Shown here one piece after another: positions 54,930-58,191 of a DNA stretch of 58,191 nucleotides; positions within the stretch are counted from its first letter, which is position 1; each line of letters starts with the position of its first letter. This DNA is from Candidatus Zipacnadia bacterium (GTDB lineage: Bacteria > Armatimonadota > Zipacnadia > Zipacnadales > UBA5352), in contig JALGVA010000009.1 in NCBI GenBank assembly GCA_029820295.1, positions 1 to 58,191 of the forward strand, written 5' to 3'. The translations under genes were made by a program, and so were the position numbers. The notes below the pieces were generated by a model. That model had not been told where the DNA came from, searched no databases, and was given only the letters and a program-made list of their open reading frames with translations.

Positions 54930-56066
54930 ATGCCGATTCAGGATCTGTCCGGACAGAAGGTGCGGCGCACGGGCGAGGAGCTGGTCAGGCACCTCGAGAG
55001 CTTCGAGCTGGACCTCAGATTCACCGCGGGCGTGTGGTTCTTCGCGCCCGGCGGCGGCCGCTTCCATGACCGCTACGTGCCCGAGATGCCCATGGAGCAG
55101 CGGCTCGAGATCGCGGTGGGCCTGATGGACCAGGGGCTGGTGGCGCTCGAGGCGCACTACCCCAACGAGGTGAACGAGGACAACCTCGACCTGTTCAAGG
55201 ACCTGCGCAGGGACACCGGCCTGCGCCTGGTGACGCTGGTGCCTAACCTGTTCTACGGCGCGGAGTTCGAGTTCGGCTCGCTGTCGTCGCCGATTGAGTC
55301 GGCGCGGCGGCTGGCGATCGAGCGCACCATCACGACGCTGCAGCTCAACCTTGAGCTGGAGACCGACTTCGCCATCGTCTGGCCCGGCATCGACGGCTTC
55401 GACAACACCTTCGGCCAGAACCACGTGGCGGCGCGCGACCGCTTCGCTGAGGGGCTGGCGGAGGCGATGGACGCGGTGCCGGGCGTGCGCGTCGTCATCG
55501 AGCCCAAGCCCTACGAGCCGCGGCCGACGATCATGTACGGGACCACCGCCGAGGCACTGCTGCTGTGCGCCAAGGTGGAGAGCCTGATGAGCAACAAGGA
55601 GAACACCGACCGGCTGGCGGCGGGGACGGCGCTGCTGGGCCTGAACCCCGAGGTCGGGCATATGCTCATGGCCTACGAGGACCTGGCGTACGCCTTCAGT
55701 CTGGTCTGTGAGTACGGGCGGCTGGGGCACACGCACTGGAACTCACAGCCGATGGGCAACTACGATCAGGACCTGAACGTGGGCGTGGTCTACCCCGAGC
55801 AGACCGAGGCGGCGCTGTATGCGCTGAAGATGTGCGGCTACGATCAGCACTTCGGCATCGACATCAACCCCGAGCGTATGCCGGTCGAGCGCGCGCTGAC
55901 GAACTGCATGGACATGCTCAAGGCGATGAACGAGCGCATCAACGGCCTCGATCACGCGCGCATCGTCGAGTGCGTCGAGAACCCGGCGGAGAACCGCGGC
56001 GTGCTGGAGGCCCTGCTGATCCGGGCGCGCTATCCCGGCGCCACCGGGCTCACGGAAATGCCGTGA
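54930..56066 (+). CDS. xylose-isomerase-like TIM-barrel protein (sugar isomerase/epimerase family)
   Basis: 378 aa. Its length and the metal-ligand pattern (E/D/H spacing, ...HMLMAYEDLAY...GHTHWNS...) are typical of XylA-fold isomerases such as rhamnose or xylose isomerase. Confidence 0.6.
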   Translation: MPIQDLSGQKVRRTGEELVRHLESFELDLRFTAGVWFFAPGGGRFHDRYVPEMPMEQRLEIAVGLMDQGLVALEAHYPNEVNEDNLDLFKDLRRDTGLRLVTLVPNLFYGAEFEFGSLSSPIESARRLAIERTITTLQLNLELETDFAIVWPGIDGFDNTFGQNHVAARDRFAEGLAEAMDAVPGVRVVIEPKPYEPRPTIMYGTTAEALLLCAKVESLMSNKENTDRLAAGTALLGLNPEVGHMLMAYEDLAYAFSLVCEYGRLGHTHWNSQPMGNYDQDLNVGVVYPEQTEAALYALKMCGYDQHFGIDINPERMPVERALTNCMDMLKAMNERINGLDHARIVECVENPAENRGVLEALLIRARYPGATGLTEMP

Positions 56067-56072
56067 GCGGCC

Positions 56073-56870
56073 ATGCCACCCTACGATCCCACGGGACACA
56101 CGCGCGTGACGCGTGCCGACATCGTCGCCGGGCTGCGGGAGGTGGGGCTGCAGCTCGGCGACCTCGTGCAGGTGCACAGCTCGCTGTCGAGCTTCGGCCA
56201 TGTCGAGGGTGGGGCCGAGGCGGTGGTCGATGCGCTGCTGGAGGCGGTGGGGCCCGAGGGCACGCTGATGGTGCCGACCTTCAATCACATGGCGCGCGAG
56301 GCCTTCGACGGCTCCGACGATATCTTCGACCTGCGCACCACCCGCTCGGTCAACGGCGCGATCACCGAGGCGGTGCGCCTGCGCCCCGAGGCGCATCGGT
56401 CGATGCACCCCACGCACCCCTACGCCGCCATCGGCCCGCGCGCGCGGTGGCTGACCTCCGAGCACCTGCACCTGAAGACCTTCGACGAGTGCAGTCCGCT
56501 GGGGAAGCTGGTGGCCGGGGGCGGCAAGATCGTGCTGCTGGGTGTGGGGATGAACTCGAACACCGCGGCGCATGTCGCCGAGACGCGGGCGGGCGTGCGG
56601 TGCATGGGCTACCGGCAGAACCGGCGGCTGGTGCGGCTTGAGGACGGCAGCGTGATTGAGGCATGGGGCGTGCTGTGGCGCGGACCCGGGAAGTGCAAGG
56701 TCGAGTGGCAGGCGATCGAGGGTGAGCTGCGGCGCCGGGGGCTCATCCGCGACACCCGCATCGGCGAGGCCCACGTGATGCTCATGCTCGGGCGCGACAT
56801 GGTGGACGTCACCTACGAACTGTGCCTGCAGATGTGCCCGACGTGCACGATCAGACCCCGACACGAGTGA
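56073..56870 (+). CDS. aminoglycoside N3-acetyltransferase AAC(3) family protein
   Basis: 265 aa; VHSSLSSFG...GTLMVPTF and the Antibiotic_NAT fold blocks. Confidence 0.7.
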   Translation: MPPYDPTGHTRVTRADIVAGLREVGLQLGDLVQVHSSLSSFGHVEGGAEAVVDALLEAVGPEGTLMVPTFNHMAREAFDGSDDIFDLRTTRSVNGAITEAVRLRPEAHRSMHPTHPYAAIGPRARWLTSEHLHLKTFDECSPLGKLVAGGGKIVLLGVGMNSNTAAHVAETRAGVRCMGYRQNRRLVRLEDGSVIEAWGVLWRGPGKCKVEWQAIEGELRRRGLIRDTRIGEAHVMLMLGRDMVDVTYELCLQMCPTCTIRPRHE

Positions 56871-56905
56871 GTGAGGCAGCGCCGCCGCACGGCGCGCCAC
56901 CGACC

Positions 56906-58117
56906 ATGCTGCACGTGTGCGATCTGCATGTCCACATCGGCCGGTCGGCCTCGGGACGGCCGGTGAAGATCACCGCCGCGCGCGATCTGACCTTCGAGAA
57001 CATCGCGGTCGAGTGCGCGCGGCGCAAGGGCATTGCCGTGGTGGGGGTGGTGGACTGCGCCTCGCCGCCGGTGCTCGAGGACATCGTGGCGCTGGTCGAG
57101 GCGGGGGAGATGGTCGAGCAGCCCGGCGGCGGCCTGCGCTACCGCGACGAGGTGACGGTGCTCCCGGCCGCCGAGTTCGAGAGCCACGAGCCGGGCGGCG
57201 GGCGGTCGCACCACGTGAGCTACTTCCCCACGGTCGCGGCGTTGCAGGGCTTCTCGGCGGAGATCGCCCGGCATGTCACCAACCTGGAGCTGAGTTCGCA
57301 GGCCTGCAGGCTGCCTGCGGTGGATCTGCTGGCGATGGCGGAGGAGTTCGGCGCGCTGTTCGTGCCCGCGCACTGCTTCACGCCGCACCGCAGCCCCTAC
57401 GGATCATGCGTCGAGCGCATGGCGGAGATGTTCGGCGACGCATGGGAACGCGTGCCGGCGATCGAGTTGGGCCTGTCGGCCGACAGCGACCTGGCGGACC
57501 GCATCGATGAGCTGGCGGGCAAGAGTTTCCTGTCGAACTCCGATGCGCACTCGCTGCCCAAGATCGGACGCGAGTACAACATCATCGAGATGGAGGCGCC
57601 GACCTTCGCGGAGCTGCGCATGGCGCTGCTGCGCGAGGGCGGGCGGGGCATCGTGGCGAACTTCGGCCTTGATCCGCGCCTGGGGAAGTACCACCGAACG
57701 TTCTGCGAGGACTGCGAGCGCATCGCGCGCGGGGCGCCGCCGGTGCTGACCTGCGAAGCCTGCGGCTCGGAGAACGTGACCCGTGGGGTGCTTGACCGGA
57801 TCGTGCAGATCGCCGACCATGACGGGCCGCAGCCGCCCGCGCACCGGCCGCCCTACCGCTATCAGGTGCCGCTGGAGTTCGTCCCGGGCGTGGGCACGGT
57901 GACGCTCAACCGGCTGATCAACCGCTTCGGCTCGGAGATGGCCGTGCTGCATGAGGCGACGCCGGTGGAGCTGGGGCAGACGGTGGGGCAGAAGATCGCG
58001 GCGCTGATCGTGCTCGCGCGCGAGGGCACGCTGCCCCTGCAGGCGGGCGGAGGCGGACGCTACGGTCGGGCCGCGCCCGACGATGCGGGGCAGCTCGACC
58101 TGCCAGGGCTGGGGTGA
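56906..58117 (+). CDS. PHP-domain plus zinc-finger protein of the EndoQ / TIGR00375 family (tentative)
   Basis: N-terminus HVCDLHVHIGRSASGRPVKITAARDLTFENIAVECARRKGIAVVGVVDC, cf. archaeal EndoQ DLHIHS...; a C-x2-C...C-x2-C finger (CEDCERIARGAPPVLTCEACG); and a C-terminal HhH-like VPGVGTVTLNRLI. Confidence 0.5.
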   Translation: MLHVCDLHVHIGRSASGRPVKITAARDLTFENIAVECARRKGIAVVGVVDCASPPVLEDIVALVEAGEMVEQPGGGLRYRDEVTVLPAAEFESHEPGGGRSHHVSYFPTVAALQGFSAEIARHVTNLELSSQACRLPAVDLLAMAEEFGALFVPAHCFTPHRSPYGSCVERMAEMFGDAWERVPAIELGLSADSDLADRIDELAGKSFLSNSDAHSLPKIGREYNIIEMEAPTFAELRMALLREGGRGIVANFGLDPRLGKYHRTFCEDCERIARGAPPVLTCEACGSENVTRGVLDRIVQIADHDGPQPPAHRPPYRYQVPLEFVPGVGTVTLNRLINRFGSEMAVLHEATPVELGQTVGQKIAALIVLAREGTLPLQAGGGGRYGRAAPDDAGQLDLPGLG

Positions 58118-58191
58118 CGGCGGGGCATGGGGCATGGGGGATGGGGCATGGGGGATGGGGGATGGGGGGGGGGGCATGGGGGATGGGGCAT
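58118..58191. repeat. G-tract heptamer microsatellite (GGGGCAT / GGGGGAT units, at least 10 G-tracts), truncated by the window end
   Basis: ggggcatggggcatgggggatggggcatgggggatgggggatgggggggggggcatgggggatggggcat. Confidence 0.6.

Overview
58.2 kb, high-GC (about 68-70% by eye) bacterial chromosomal segment. It is gene-dense, with GTG/TTG starts, overlapping stop/start junctions and GC-rich hairpin terminators that lack U-tracts. I found no rRNA, tRNA, CRISPR array, transposase or integrase. Every long ORF lying antisense to a recognisable gene was treated as a GC-driven artefact.

Gene content, left to right:
- A partial DNA methyltransferase followed by a vapBC toxin-antitoxin pair, then an M28 peptidase and a BNR/sialidase-like protein.
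- A minus-strand membrane operon: HEAT-repeat protein, PspA-like coiled-coil protein, an NfeD-like protein carrying about 25 tandem His-Asp (HDVD) repeats, a flotillin, and a small membrane protein.
- An aryl-pyruvate module: URO-D-like protein, PaaK, IorA, IorB, PaaK, ACT protein.
- A DUF488 protein with an unknown 269-aa partner, a DegT aminotransferase, and RelA/SpoT.
- An envelope-sugar block: RmlD, a GHMP kinase, AhcY, and a WecA-like membrane domain (apparently degenerate) fused to a TagA/WecG glycosyltransferase.
- A sugar-phosphate module: PfkB kinase, class I FBA (DhnA-type), a divergent class II aldolase-like protein, an FrdA/SdhA-like flavoprotein, and further downstream a long transaldolase-family protein.
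- Zn-ribbon/DUF4870 membrane proteins and an S1 protease with YbjN-like domains.
- A low-GC NYN-nuclease gene with a near-consensus sigma70 promoter, flanked by imperfect direct repeats that duplicate the promoter region of the next gene.
- That next gene is a 2087-aa tandem-duplicated UvrA with an unknown C-terminal extension. Its promoter spacer contains a Gram-positive-type LexA (Cheo) box, and it is translationally coupled to a cytoplasmic CBM9/DOMON-like protein.
- A second HEAT-repeat lipoprotein, QueA, Tgt, a THUMP methyltransferase, an orphan OmpR-type response regulator, a PfkB kinase, a standalone E2 acyltransferase catalytic domain, a xylose-isomerase-like TIM barrel, an AAC(3)-family acetyltransferase and an EndoQ-like PHP/Zn-finger protein.

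Sequence-level oddities:
- The 9-mer GCCGTTGCC is strongly over-represented. All 12 exact copies are intergenic and in the sense orientation of the preceding gene.
- The relA/rmlD intergenic region holds a cluster of perfect hairpins, and one palindrome (GGAGTTCGC-N3-GCGAACTCC) recurs about 32 kb away.
- A 27-bp tandem repeat sits in a divergent promoter region.
- A G-tract heptamer repeat occurs at the window end.
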